Assembly: GCF_001194135.2 (NCBI RefSeq)
Contig: NC_068996.1
Coordinates: 34,564,012-34,614,367, forward strand
DNA from: Octopus bimaculoides
Lineage: Eukaryota
Length of the DNA: 50,356 nucleotides
Direction of reading: 5' to 3'
Shown here: positions 26,296 through 38,998 of the stretch, one piece after another
Layout: each line of letters opens with the position of its first letter
Position numbering within the stretch: position 1 is the first letter of the stretch
Program-made: the position numbers and the translations under genes
Notes under the pieces: generated by a model
Database searches by the model: none
Told to the model about the DNA's origin: nothing
What the model saw: the letters and a program-made list of their open reading frames with translations, nothing else

Positions 26296-26478
26296 GTGAA
26301 CCTTCTCAGCAGAAAAGTAGACATCCAACAGCTTTCATTCGGCAAGGAACAATCTCTTTACTGCGAGTGCTCTGTCTTTGTGCCAGCATAAATGCCGAAA
26401 ACATGCAGAAAGAATCGATAAGCAATCTTTGTGGATTGATCTGCACAATTGTTCATCAGACAGTGCATAATACACCTG
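26296..26478 (+). CDS. HERC2: HERC2 exon (window exon 11)
   Basis: cttcag / gtattg, phase 1 to 1. Encodes HPTAFIRQGTISLLRVLCLCASINAENMQ. Confidence 0.93.
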
Positions 26479-26669
26479 GTATTGTATCAATACAATAATG
26501 TAACTTTACTGTGATATTCTAGGTTGTTATTGTTGTTAGAGTTTTATTGTTATAGTTGTTGCAGTTTGGAGTGGTTGTTAGTGGGGACAAGTTAATGAAA
26601 CATTTACCTTCTTTAGCTGTATGAAGGCAATAGATATATCTGTTCACTGTGTATTGTATAGTCATCCAA

Positions 26670-27255
26670 CATTTTCAGGGTATTTGGGTTAAATTTCAGT
26701 TTGCATAAAAGGAAAAGAAAACATAATATCTCATCCAAAAATAAAAATATTAAAAAACATTTTTTTTCAATATCAACTAGGTTATGGCTGGGAAAATAAC
26801 ACGTTACTGAAAGTACCCCCCCCCCCCTCAGCTTCCACCATGGCCTCAAGATAGCTTCAAACTTGGCATATGTGTCCCTCAGTGTCACTAGGAAAATCTT
26901 CAAACACCTCCTTGATCTTGGCTGCCAGCTTGACCTTGGTGTTGCATCCAGAGCAGTTGGTGTCTTTCTCAATCCTGCCCCATACATAGTAATACATGGG
27001 ATTACAATCGGGGGAATTGGGAGGCCAGAAATTGAGGTTGGTGAAGTCGTAGAAATTCTCCTACAGTTACTTTTAACTTTTTCCAGAGGTACGGCAAAGA
27101 ACAGAATCCTGCTGTTATACATGACCTTTCAGCAGCAACCTTCTCCAGCCAGGGATTGGCCGCAGTCTCCAGCAGCTTCACATTGCTGTCTGAATTGAGC
27201 CTAACGCTCTGTTCAAAGATGTGAGGAAGAATACCGTGTGCAGATAGTAACAACA
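26670..27255 (-). pseudogene. Tc1/mariner-superfamily transposase relic (C-terminal catalytic half), frameshifted
   Basis: Minus frames give ILPHIFEQSVRLNSDSNVKLLETAANPWLEKVAAERS, then ENFYDFTNLNFWPPNSPDCNPMYYYVWGRIEKDTN...KLAAKIKEVFEDFP and LEAMVEAEGGGYFQ* (stop 26804-06). WPPNSPDxNPxxY is the IS630/Tc1/mariner motif. Confidence 0.9.
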
Positions 27256-27381
27256 TATAAATTTAATGTGGCCATTTACTGAATATGAATTTGTGTGACA
27301 TTAGTATCGGTTATCAATTTTATGTGCAAATAAGTCTGTTGTGGAAAGCTGTTCTAATCTGTTCTCTGTTCCTTCTTCCAG

Positions 27382-27572
27382 GTAATAATGCAACATTAAA
27401 GCGTGTTTGTGAAGAACAACATTTTAGTTGGTGTACTCTTGGATTCATCAGAAGTATTGCATCAAGCCCAACAATCTGTCAAGCTCTCAGTACTCCAAGA
27501 TGGATTGTCTTATTGTTCAAATTGCTTTCTTCAGACCAAAGTTCTGATGTGCCAAAAAATGTCGTACGACAG
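27382..27572 (+). CDS. HERC2: HERC2 exon (window exon 12)
   Basis: ttccag / gtaatt, phase 1 to 0. Encodes EQHFSWCTLGFIRSIASSPTICQALSTPRWIVLL. Confidence 0.96.
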
Positions 27573-28000
27573 GTAATTAAAATGTTCTAAATTTAAAAAC
27601 GTTCTTACTGTTAATTGCCTGCCGTTTGGACATTCATTGACTAAATGGCTTCTGCATTCACTTAGCTTACTCTCTTTCTCCCCTCACACACACAAACACT
27701 ATGTAGTGTTATTGTTTATAATCTTCTAATGTAGTGTTCAAAGAGATGGGAGACAATTCTGTCAGCATGAGCGGTACCTTACATTAGTCATTTACCTAAG
27801 ACAGCAACTGTTGATTATAGAAAGGTTGAATTTATTTAATGATATGTGCAGCATAGCAGTATTACCAGGTTACAACATGGCCTGCACTCCAGATGCTAAA
27901 AATCAGCAATGAAATAAAAGTTTACTAAAAGTATTTAGAAACTTCAGAAAAACATGATGTAACTTTATTTTAACTATAGAACTCAAAGTAGATTAAGTTA

Positions 28001-28293
28001 TCATCATCATCATCATCATCGTTTAACGTCCGCTTTCCATGCTAGCATGGGTTGGACGATTTGACTGAGGACTGGTGAAACCGGATGGCAACACCAGGCT
28101 CCAATCTGATTTGGCAGAGTTTCTACAGCTGGATGCCCTTCCTAACGCCAACCACTCAGAGAGTGTAGTAGGTGCTTTTACGTGTCACCTGCACGAAGGA
28201 CAGTCAGGTGATACTGGCAACGGCCACGCTCGAAATGGTGTCTTTTATGTGCCACCCGCACAAGAGCCAGTCCAGGGGCACTGGCAACGATCT
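28001..28293 (-). mobile_element. RTE-associated 3' tail / short repeat ending in (GAT)n
   Basis: Shares acccatgctagcatggaaagcggacgttaaacgatgatgat with copies at about 1465-1620, 3808-4106, 8127-8269, 23174-23273, 24974-25260, 37716-38100, 38526-38602, 41990-42290 and 49226-49400. Confidence 0.85.
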
Positions 28294-28904
28294 NNNNNNN
28301 NNNNNNNNNNNNNNNNNNNNNNNNNNNNNNNNNNNNNNNNNNNNNNNNNNNNNNNNNNNNNNNNNNNNNNNNNNNNNNNNNNNNNNNNNNNNNNNNNNNN
28401 NNNNNNNNNNNNNNNNNNNNNNNNNNNNNNNNNNNNNNNNNNNNNNNNNNNNNNNNNNNNNNNNNNNNNNNNNNNNNNNNNNNNNNNNNNNNNNNNNNNN
28501 NNNNNNNNNNNNNNNNNNNNNNNNNNNNNNNNNNNNNNNNNNNNNNNNNNNNNNNNNNNNNNNNNNNNNNNNNNNNNNNNNNNNNNNNNNNNNNNNNNNN
28601 NNNNNNNNNNNNNNNNNNNNNNNNNNNNNNNNNNNNNNNNNNNNNNNNNNNNNNNNNNNNNNNNNNNNNNNNNNNNNNNNNNNNNNNNNNNNNNNNNNNN
28701 NNNNNNNNNNNNNNNNNNNNNNNNNNNNNNNNNNNNNNNNNNNNNNNNNNNNNNNNNNNNNNNNNNNNNNNNNNNNNNNNNNNNNNNNNNNNNNNNNNNN
28801 NNNNNNNNNNNNNNNNNNNNNNNNNNNNNNNNNNNNNNNNNNNNNNNNNNNNNNNNNNNNNNNNNNNNNNNNNNNNNNNNNNNNNNNNNNNNNNNNNNNN
28901 NNNN

Positions 28905-29120
28905 AGTTAACCTTCCTTTGATGTTGCTGCACCTCTTATGTGTCCATAGCTTGCACCGGGTACATCTTATAGAGTTACTACCTACTCCTTTTTTACATAC
29001 TGAGCAGGGCCATCTACCTGAAGGGGTTTGTGTTTTATTTACCTTCCTACTTATTAGGATTTTGGTTTTAGCTAGGTTGACTCTAAGGCCCTTCAATTCT
29101 AGACCTTGCTTCCACACCTG
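28905..29120 (-). mobile_element. RTE-clade LINE fragment (post-RT Cys-rich region), probably continuous through the N-gap with the 3' tail at 28001-28293
   Basis: Reads WKQGLELKGLRVNLAKTKIL...WPCSVCKKGVGSNSIRCTRCKLWTHKRCS. Confidence 0.85.
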
Positions 29121-29303
29121 AAACTTATATAATAGTATATAAACATTGGGTTAAAAGACCATTTTGGACAGAAAAGTTGAAGGCTAAAATGAATTATTTC
29201 ACTATATTTTTTATTTATCAATTAAAAAGTGGATACTAAGTATAGGGGTGCAAACAAAACTTGGTGCAAATGAATGACTTGAGAGAGATGTTCAAGTCGT
29301 TGT

Positions 29304-29531
29304 TTAACCCTTTAGCATTTAAACTGAATATATCCAGGCTAAAAATTTTATATGTTTTATGCTCAAACTGGCCAGATCTGACCCGTCACACCTGCCCTAC
29401 AATGTCATTCTAAAAGTAATGAATGACATCTTTGAAATCTCAAAAGTATGAAGTAAGATGTGATTAATCTAAAACAATGTGAATAAATATACCTTATATT
29501 TGACAGAATAATGTGAATGCTAAAGGTTTAA
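29304..29531. mobile_element. piggyBac-type MITE, 220 bp between TTAA target sites
   Basis: Same TIRs and internal sequence as 20517-20744. Confidence 0.88.
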
Positions 29532-29839
29532 GATTAAAGAATTTAGGATAAACATAGGTCTTCACCAGAGATCCATATCCAGCTCTCTTCTCTTCATCAC
29601 AGTCTTTGAGACATTAATACTAGAATTCAAACTTTCAGAAGTTTTGTATATTGATACTGTGATCATTATTGCAAAAAATGTTAAAGAACTATAGGCTAAG
29701 TTTAAATGAGAGGACTTCAGTTTAAAGTGGTTGGGTATCAAAACTATTGACTAATGCTTGAAGGAGCAATGTTGTTTCTTATATATACAGTGTGGGCTAA
29801 ACTTCACGCACCATAACATTTGATATATTATTATTATTA

Positions 29840-29876
<37 letters not shown>

Positions 29877-29968
29877 AGAATAAAAAGTTTACAATGGTAT
29901 AACAATGCAGTATAGAACAAAAAAAAAAATGGACTATATACCTGTTGTAACTTGGTAAACTTTAGTCC

Positions 29969-30004
29969 GATGATATTTCGGAATTAGAATTCCTTCTTCA
30001 GATC
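29969..30004 (-). ncRNA. Minimal type I hammerhead motif with intact core (left arm of palindrome)
   Basis: The minus strand reads GAT CTGAAGA A GGAAT TCTA ATTCC GAAA TATC ATC. It has a 5-bp stem II, a loopless ATAT palindromic stem III, an AUC triplet and a 3-bp stem I. Confidence 0.68.
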
Positions 30005-30055
30005 TTATTTGCTGGAGTCTCTGCTATAAACTATAGCAGAGACTCCAGCTAAGAA

Positions 30056-30091
30056 GATCTGAAGAAGGAATTATTATTCTGAAATATCATC
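30056..30091 (+). ncRNA. Minimal type I hammerhead motif (right arm of palindrome)
   Basis: Reads GAT CTGAAGA A GGAAT TATT ATTCT GAAA TATC ATC. Same as the left arm but with a G-U pair closing stem II. Confidence 0.62.
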
Positions 30092-30300
30092 GGACTATAT
30101 ATAACCAAATTACAACAGGTATATAGTCCATCTTTTTTTTGTTCTATACTGCATTGTTATACCATTCTAAACTTTTTATTCTTTACAAACAATACACAAT
30201 GCTTCAAGTGAACTACAATACTCTATTATTATTAATTTTGTCCATCTCTCTCTCTCTTTCTTTCTCTCTCTCTCTCTTTCTTTCTCTCTCTCTCTTTCTT

Positions 30301-30375
<75 letters not shown>

Positions 30376-30845
30376 NNNNNNNNNNNNNNNNNNNNNNNNN
30401 NNNNNNNNNNNNNNNNNNNNNNNNNNNNNNNNNNNNNNNNNNNNNNNNNNNNNNNNNNNNNNNNNNNNNNNNNNNNNNNNNNNNNNNNNNNNNNNNNNNN
30501 NNNNNNNNNNNNNNNNNNNNNNNNNNNNNNNNNNNNNNNNNNNNNNNNNNNNNNNNNNNNNNNNNNNNNNNNNNNNNNNNNNNNNNNNNNNNNNNNNNNN
30601 NNNNNNNNNNNNNNNNNNNNNTGAATTCAACGGGATACACCGTCTGCAAGTAGTTGGGTTCAGCATATTATCCTCCATTTTCTAATTGTTACACAAATTT
30701 TGGGTAAAACCTCCACTTTTACCCGCTCCCATTGATTGCACCTAGTATAGCACTAGTGTAGCAATAATTGGGTACCCTCCCAGCAGTATACTGGATAGAT
30801 ACTATCCCTTAGTGGGTTGAACCCCCAACCCCTAACTCTCTCACG

Positions 30846-30882
<37 letters not shown>

Positions 30883-31207
30883 GGTGTGTGAAAACATGTG
30901 AATTTATGGAGGGTTGGTTATCTTGGTAGAAGTAGCAACAAAAGGCTTAAGATGTACAGGAACAAACAGAGGAATATGGAACCTAATACAGAAGAGACAT
31001 TCTGTACTATAAACCAGTCCAACTAATCACAGTGGAAAACAGGTTCTTAAAACAATATGATAACAAACAATGGCAGCAGTGATTCTAATGAAGATATTTT
31101 CTCCAACATTGATGACTTAAAGGATTTTTACTAGATGTTCTTCAATCTATTTGTTTTAGCAAGAATGTTTATATAGTTTTTTTTTTTTTTTTTTTAAATT
31201 TAAACAG

Positions 31208-31358
31208 ATTCTAGCTCTTAGATTGTTGAAGGGTGTTCTACCTTCATGGGACAGCTCACTTGAAGCAAGCAGGATGAAAGACATTGTAGAAAAAATGTTC
31301 TCTCTTCTCGGAAATGTTCTTTTGTCTTGCTCATCTGATCCAACTTTACTTCCTCCAA
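31208..31358 (+). CDS. HERC2: HERC2 exon (window exon 13)
   Basis: aaacag / gtaaga, phase 0 to 1. Encodes ILALRLLKGVLPSWD...CSSDPTLLPP. Confidence 0.95.
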
Positions 31359-32418
31359 GTAAGAAAATTTATTTCTCTTCTCATTATTGTCATTATTTAG
31401 GATGGTGGTAGTTTGGTGACAATGGTACGGGTAATGATAGTGGTATGGTAGTATTGGCTTCTTTAAGATGATAGTTTGGTGGTGATGATGGTAGTGATGG
31501 TGATGATAGTGATAATGCTGGTGATGATGTTACTGATAATAATGATGATGGCTCTGCAACAATGTTAGAATTTGCATAGGATTAATATTTGTAGTTAAAT
31601 TTTGAATTGCTTGTTACATGTTAATTAGTAGTAATATTGGTTTCAAATTTTGGCACAAAACCAGCAGTCTTATGGAAGCGGTAGATTAATTACATTGACC
31701 CCAGTGATCAACTGGTACTTATTTTATCAACTCCAAAAGGATGACAGGCAAAGTTGATCTCGGCGGAATTTGAACTCAGAACACTGCTAAGCATTTTGTG
31801 TGGCATTATAACAATTCTACCAGCTCAACACCTTAATTAGTAGGAATATTAATTAGTAATATATACTTCTTAATTAGTATTAAGCTTTTGTTCTTTGGTA
31901 ACCTGACAATCACTGAACAAGACATAATTCCTGTTGGCTGAGTAATGATAAAATTATATCCCAGGATTAGTTGCTGTTAGACCTGGGCTGTGGCATAGAA
32001 TTCTTTCCTACAATTCCCATGCATACATGCATACAGATAGTCAAAAAGTAGAAGATGTGGGTTAGTGATAAAGTGCCAAACTAATTTGAGATTTTTATTA
32101 ATTTATGGTACTGTGATCAAGGTATCTCACAGTTTGAGGAAATTATTATTGTATAAATCATATCCCTATATTTTCATGGGTTAAATTATGTTACCTGTCT
32201 ACTGGGATTAGTGAAGTTAGATAATTGTGATTGGTGGAGGTAGGTAATTAAATAAGTGGACAAACAAAATACATTAATAAAGTTTTTTTGCACCAGATTT
32301 CTTAATTTGGATCCCTGGTTTTCTTTTTACTGAATTTCTATAGAAATAATTTGCAAATAAGCACTGATTACATAAGTAAATGAAATAATTATAAAATGTT
32401 CACATTTAATTTTTACAG

Positions 32419-32621
32419 GTGATACTCTTAGGAAAGGCCATCGTGGGCGACCACCTGTGACGATCACTGCTTCATATTCCAGTACTGTAGCTGATGAAAT
32501 TGTGTCAACAATTAGGAAACTTCATCTGTTAGATGGCTGGAATGCACACATCAACTCTTATATTATCTCCAAGTTAGGAATGATTGAAGATATGGTCTGT
32601 GATAAGAGTAAATCCTCCATG
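32419..32621 (+). CDS. HERC2: HERC2 exon (window exon 14)
   Basis: ttacag / gtaaga, phase 1 to 0. Encodes TITASYSSTVADEIVSTIRKLHLLDGWNAHINSYI. Confidence 0.95.
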
Positions 32622-33819
32622 GTAAGATCACACACATATATAAACTGATATATATATATAAATATACATGTATGTATGCATGCATGCCGATGTAAGAAGT
32701 TTGCTTCCTAACAACATGATTCTGGGTTCTGTTCCAGTTCTACTCCAGTTCTCTCCAGATAGAGATAGAGAGAAGAAAAAAAGAAAAAGAGAGACAAAGA
32801 AATTTAGGGAGAGTTGATGTTTTTATTAAAAATAGTAGAGTTGGTAGTGGGAGTAATAATAAGAGAGAGAGAAAGAGGGACTGAAAACTCAACCAGTATG
32901 CTGAACTAACATACTGAATACTGATGGTAATGGGGTGATAGTAATAGTATGAGCTGTAGTTGTGATAGAAGCAAAGGCGGTGGTGGTTGTGGTAGTTGAG
33001 GCCCTCAGGAATGAGGGTGAGAGTAAGTGATGTGAAAGACAGTAGTGATGATGATGGAGGGGAAGGCGACAAAGTCAAAGGTATTGATGGTGGTGGCGTC
33101 AGAAGTCTGAATGGTGTGTGTATGGCAGATGTGGTGGCGATGGTGGTAGTACGGTTCTTTTTTTCATGCAGCTTTGCAATAAGTTCTAAGTCGACAAATT
33201 ATATCATTGTTTTGATGAAAATTGTTTATTACTTGAAAAATAGTGTTCAAGCTTAATAAAATTTAATATGTACTCAATGAATGAAGTGCCATTGTTGGTG
33301 GGCCCAAGGCCTAATGAAGAGCCCTTCACAGAGGCTGGTGTAAAAGCCACCCAATAAGGTGGCTTTTAAGCTAGTTTTTATATATATATATATATATATA
33401 TGAAAAAATATGGACAACTTACATAAAATGTTGAAAAAGCTGAAATCAGTGGAACTGGATCCAGTCAGTTAGATATGACTTTTTCCTATACTACAAAAAG
33501 GAAACCCCTTTTAGCCCCAAAACTCAAAAAGGTGTTGACTAAAACCTTTTTCTATACAAAAGACTCCATCCAACATGTGACTCCTTATTTTTCTTTGTTC
33601 CCATATGTTTATATAAATTATATATGTTAAGCTCATCTTAAGAATATGTATACAATACAATTTCTATTGAACTATAATACAAATCTCTGAAAATTTGTTA
33701 TATTTTTATTTTTCATACCTATAAACACGTACAATAAACTTATTCTCCACTTGTTTTAATTATACAACGTGTGTGTATATATATATTCATCAGTTTGTAA
33801 TTTCTTTTATAAATACATA

Positions 33820-33854
<35 letters not shown>

Positions 33855-33899
33855 GTATTTATATACACACTCAACCATTTATTTCTTATTTTCTGTCAG

Positions 33900-34115
33900 G
33901 ATGATCTCAACATTGATCTTCAAGAAACACATGCAGCAATAATGGCTGTTCTTGCAGTTATTGGTGGAATTGGTTTGCTGCCACGCCTAGGAGGTCTTGT
34001 TATGCATTATGAACTAAGACTTGGAACAATTGCTAATATCCGTCCTTCTGGCAAAATTCAAGTCCAGTTTCCAGAAGTGGGACTCAAGATGTGTCGAATG
34101 ACTGATCTCGTTCCT
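33900..34115 (+). CDS. HERC2: HERC2 exon (window exon 15)
   Basis: tgtcag / gtaagc, phase 0 to 0. Encodes MAVLAVIGGIGLLPRLGGLVMH...GKIQVQF. Confidence 0.96.
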
Positions 34116-34280
34116 GTAAGCTATTTTTATAAAATCTATTGCATTTAAATTAATTTTGAACCATGTGACTTTTGGGTTCAGTTCCATTGTGTGATACCTT
34201 GGGCAACTGTTTTCCACTATAACCTTTGACAGACCACTACCTTGTGAGTGAATTTGCTAGACAGTAACTGTGTGGAAGCC

Positions 34281-34320
<40 letters not shown>

Positions 34321-34699
34321 GTCTTTGTGTCTGTGCTTGTCTTGTTTCCACCTATCACTTCACAACCAGTGTTGGTTTGTTTGAATTCCTGTAACCTAGC
34401 AGTTCGTCAAGAGGCTGACAAAATAAGTACTGGAGTCAAACCTCTTCAAGGTTGTGCTCCACCAAGGCTGCAGTCCAATGACTGAAACAAGCAAAAGATA
34501 AAGATGAAAAGGTTCATATCACAGGTCTGCCCAAAGTTTTAATTTTTTTTTTTAAAACCACTTTACCAGCAGTAAATCTTTCTTCTTACCACCAATATTG
34601 TCCAAGGAAAAGGTAAAGGTCAGTACAGTTTGGCACCAGAGTCCTCTCAGATGAACTCTGAACATACACAGCAGAAGCAAAAATTGCTGGATATTTTGT

Positions 34700-35150
34700 C
34701 ACACTATCATTATATAATGTACTTATTTTATGCAGTGCTCAAGCGCAGTACAACTCATTACAGATGGTGGCCAAAAGTGCATGTACAGTACATTACAGCA
34801 CAGGAAGTGAACAGCAAATGAGTTGTTTAGAAATAAAAAAGGAAGAAGAACCTCGGGTGTATTGTTGGTGAATTTCAAAGCATGCTAGTTTTGAAGGATG
34901 TAGTGTCCTGACAGCTAACAACTGATGTGGGTAGTTTATTCCATGCTTCAGCAATTCCAAGTATGAAAAAATGTTTCTGAAAGTCATGGGTGCTGTGTTG
35001 TTTTTGATTTTGTAAGCATGTCCACAGGTGTTAGACATATGGAATTCAAAAAAGTGCCCCAGTTTGTTGTTTGAAAGATGGTGGATAATCTTGTAGGTGT
35101 CTATCAAGTTACTTGCCAGATGTCGGAATTTTACTAGTGATTCTGCCAAA
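34700..35150 (-). mobile_element. CR1/L2-type LINE 3' end, decayed
   Basis: Reads LASNLIDTYKIIHHL...SNTCGHAYKI, with WNKLP-like remnants. A second copy lies at about 46735-47190. Confidence 0.75.
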
Positions 35151-35499
35151 TTCTTTTGTATTGAACGAATAACAAATGTTTTTTTATTTTATTTTTGATT
35201 AGAAGCACCTATACTAGAGACAACTATATTTTATAACAATGTTGTTGTAAAAGTAAATGAAAGATATGACAGAAAGAAGTGCATAGTGAGAGTGGTATGA
35301 TAGTGTCCAGTAGATGTAGGTTCTTATTCCATCACCAGACCTTTTCAATTTTTGTTTTGTCACTTATATTTTCATCAATAATTGCTGTTTTAAAATACAT
35401 TTTATTCTTTAAAAGATATATGTGTATATCAGCTTTATCCAAATAAATTTTTAATATCTTAAATATTCAATTTAATTTTTATCTTATTTTTTATTGAAG

Positions 35500-35686
35500 G
35501 TTCCTCACCTAGAATTTGTTGTGGATAAGTTACCAATGACAGAGAATGTTATCAATACTTGGGTCAAATTGGTTAGTTTAGCTGGGACAGGATTTAAAGT
35601 TGAAAAAGAGAGAGAGAGGACATCACTATTCAGTAGTGTTAATAGTGTAGAATCAACTGGAACCAATACGGACAAGAAGAACTTTG
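35500..35686 (+). CDS. HERC2: HERC2 exon (window exon 16)
   Basis: ttgaag / gtaaat, phase 0 to 1. Encodes VPHLEFVVDKLPMTENVINTWVKLVSLAG. Confidence 0.93.
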
Positions 35687-37168
35687 GTAAATATTTCAGT
35701 CTTTGAAAAATATATATTTTACTCATGTAGAACAATTCATATAAACCATGAAAGCAACTGTTTGGATTAAAGGGGTTTTTTTGTTTTGCTTTGGATATGT
35801 TGTTATTACTGCTGTTAGCTGTTGTTCTCTTTGAGTAAGAACTATGGGACTGAGGCAGCGGAAGGGATATTTCAGTAGTTTCCAAGTGATGATGTGTTCG
35901 ATATATGTCGTTCTTTACTCTGTTCTGGTACTGGTGTGGTAAACTGTGTTGTGAAGCAATCAAGATACACTGTTTCTGTTGTTATCCAGCTGGCAGGAGT
36001 AGAGGTGTCATATCAGAAGATTGGCAAAATAAGCTTCACCAGCTTCGCTTTGAGAAACCTAGTTTGTATGTGTGACTGTGGATTCTGTTGAACTCAGTGA
36101 AAGTGGTTGGCAACCAGGACAGAACTAAAATTAAATGTGATTAAGGCAAAAAATTAGAAAATTCCATTGGTATGGAGGTGTTGTCAGAGAAGGTGAGGTG
36201 AAAAGTATTGGAAACAATCAACTTTAATTTACAGAAATTATCCAAGACAATATAGGTATTTGATAAGAAGACTGGCAATATGAACTGGTTATGTAATAAA
36301 GACAAGATAGTGTTGTGAAATAATATTAAATGGATATTAGAATGGTGTATTTTCTGTCAGATATCACCCATTCTTATTAGATACTTATACCATCAATATT
36401 GGACATTCACCATATTAACCTTCTGTGATTCCTTAGTGATTGTTATTCCGTCTGGGAAATCTATCTTCATAATATCTCTTCATTTTCTTCAGATCTCTGT
36501 GACTGCTATGTAATGGTTTCAGACATTTTTTTTCTATTGTTGGCAGATAAATCAGGTAATCAAATGCAATATTGGTGGGTGATAATAATGGGTGGAGATA
36601 TAAAATTGGTAATGTGTTTATTAAGGGTATAAACACATGGTATATTTTCAAACAGAACTAAGAACTTGCACAGAGAAAATGGTCAATTAATGATAGAGAG
36701 AACAGGACCAGTTTCTGAATGAGGAAAGAGGACCAATTACTGATAAAGCTAGAGAAATGTTGTGTCATAGGTTTTAAGATCATTGTTGTAAAAAGTCTTA
36801 TGTGGAAACTTTGTTAATGGACTTCTGCACAGGCTAAATTCATATTGTCTAAAAACTTTGGTCGTTGATGGTCTTGGACATGAAATTTTAATATTGAAAT
36901 GTCTTATATTTCTTGTAATTTTGCCAAAGTAAATCTTTTTTACTCATATCAATGTTGCAACAGAAAATAGTTTAACTACCTGTTTCTTATTAATTTTAAC
37001 ACTTAATTCTATGAATTCTGTCAAAACTTTAAAATTTTACTTCAATTTGAAATCTTTTAATTAATTATGAAGCATTTAACTTTTAATACTTCTCATTTGT
37101 TATATTTTAAATATTTTGATAATAAGCTGTTTTACTTTTATTGAAATTTTCTTTCTTTTATTTCAAAG

Positions 37169-37470
37169 GATGTGGTTTAAATACAAAACTTCTACACAAA
37201 CAACAAATTCGACTGGGTTTGCTAAAAGCAGCAAGAGTACTGTTTAGTCGACAGGATAACTTACACAAAGTTTTATCTCAACCAGCTGTTCTTGACTTGG
37301 GTTTTGCATCTTCACTGGAAACAGGTGTTGGATTCAGTAGCAGTACTGAAGAAGATCTGAACACTTTGCAGCAGGAACCAGCCACAAACATATCTTTATT
37401 ACAACATCTGATGGTTGCTGCAACACAACCATCTCCACTCAAAGCAATATTTTCTAGAGAAGAAATGGAG
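37169..37470 (+). CDS. HERC2: HERC2 exon (window exon 17)
   Basis: tcaaag / gtaaac, phase 1 to 0. Encodes LLKAARVLFSRQDNLHKVLSQPAV...LLQHLMVAATQPSPLKAIFSREEME. Confidence 0.96.
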
Positions 37471-37715
37471 GTAAACAACTCATCCTTCAACTTTTTTCAT
37501 GATTGAATTTTAATGACTTCACCATAATTGTTAGTGTTATTTCATTATATCCAGTCAGCCCACAGATATGGCTGTGTGGTGAAGAAGTTTCACTTGCAAT
37601 CATGTCACTTCAGCTTAGATCCCACTATGTGGCACATTGGACAAGTATCTTCTATCATAGCCTCAGGTTGACTGCTACCTTGTGTATAGAATTTGGTAGA
37701 TGAAACTTGTGGACA

Positions 37716-38100
37716 TCATCATCATCATCATTGTCATCGTCATCGTTTAACGTCCGCTTTCCATGCTAGCATGGGTCAGACGATTTGACTGAGGACTGGT
37801 GAACAGATGGCTACACCAGGCTCCAATCTGATTTGGCAGAGTTTCTACAGCTGGATGCCCTTCCTAACGCCAACCACTCAGAGAGTGTAGTGGGTGCTTT
37901 TACGTNNNNNNNNNNGCTGGATGCCCTTCCTAACGCCAACCACTCAGAGAGTGTAGTGGGTGCTTTTACGTGCCACCGGCACGAAGGCCAATCAGGTGGT
38001 ACTGGCAATGGCCACTCTCAAAATGGTGTATTTTATGTGCCACCCACACAAGAGCCAGTCCAGGAGCATTGGCAATGATCTCACTCGAAAGTCCTTACAG
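37716..38100 (-). mobile_element. RTE-type 3' tail copy with an apparent duplication around a 10-N gap
   Basis: Same family. gctggatgcccttcctaacgccaaccactcagagagtgtagtgggtgcttttacgt occurs on both sides of the Ns. Confidence 0.85.
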
Positions 38101-38279
38101 ATGCCATTATTTATAGATTTAATCCATTACCCAAATGAAAACCACCACATGATCCTTGGCTGTCTTTCACAGAGACCAATCTGTTAGAAGCAGTCAGGCC
38201 AGGTCTCTGGTTTGAGAATATCTTCTCTTCCTTCCATCAGTTTTGAAGGCTGTAAAAAGAGTAACAGGTGCTTACAACA

Positions 38280-38481
38280 TTAACCCTTTAGCATTTAAAG
38301 CAGCCATATCCGGCCAAAAGAATCTACCTGTTTCATCTTCAAACTGGCCAGATCCGGCCTCTCACACTTACTCTACAAGATTATTATAAAAATAAACAAT
38401 CAGGTCATTGAAATCTCAAAGCTACAATATGAATAAATAAGCATTACATTTGACAGAGTAATCTGAATGTTTAAGCATTAA
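38280..38481. mobile_element. piggyBac-type MITE with degenerate right TIR
   Basis: ttaaccctttagcatttaaag... is the same family; the right end reads aatgtttaagcattaa. Confidence 0.78.
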
Positions 38482-38962
38482 AATAATAAAAAGTTAAAAT
38501 AATAAAGAAGTTACTCAGGATTCGCCAGTCCCCAGTCAAATCGTCCAACCCATGCCAGCATGGAAAGTGGACGTTAAACGGTTATGATGATGATAATGAT
38601 GATTTGACATTTCAGAGAGTAGCTTTCTCAACATTTTCAGAACATAGTTTTCTGTATCTGTTCTCATCAGTGTGCTGCACGCCTCAACTGTTAACACTTC
38701 TCTTTTTGTCGCCTCTCTCTCCTTACCTCCTTCTTGCTCTCTTTCTTTCTCATATGTGTGATTTTATTGTATACTTAGCAACTATTTACATATTTACTGG
38801 AGCCTGGTGCAGCTCTCCAGCTGGCCAGTTCCTGTTAAGCCATTCAGCTCATGTCAACATGAAAAACGGACATTAAAGGACGATTATCATAATGATGATA
38901 TATATGTATATATGTATTTCTGTAGTTTTTTCCCAGTGTGCTAATGGTTCTGCTAGCCTTAG

Positions 38963-38998
<36 letters not shown>

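Larger units (their letters stand above)
29874..30185. repeat. Near-perfect palindrome with about 155-bp arms and a 3-nt loop (AAC, 30029-31)
   Basis: 29874-30028 is the reverse complement of 30032-30185 with scattered mismatches. The centre reads ctctgctata-aac-tatagcagag. Confidence 0.95.

Noticed and set aside
26863-27198. 111-aa plus-strand ORF
   Set aside because: Antisense shadow of the Tc1/mariner relic.
35750-36900. Possible very old LINE endonuclease/RT remnants
   Set aside because: Only vague motif resemblance by eye; not supportable without a profile search.
37863-37965. Direct duplication flanking a 10-N gap
   Set aside because: Most likely a contig-overlap assembly artefact.
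38618-38675. Minus-strand CTGATGA GAACA...TGTTC T GAAA
   Set aside because: No valid NUH triplet or stem I; probably chance.
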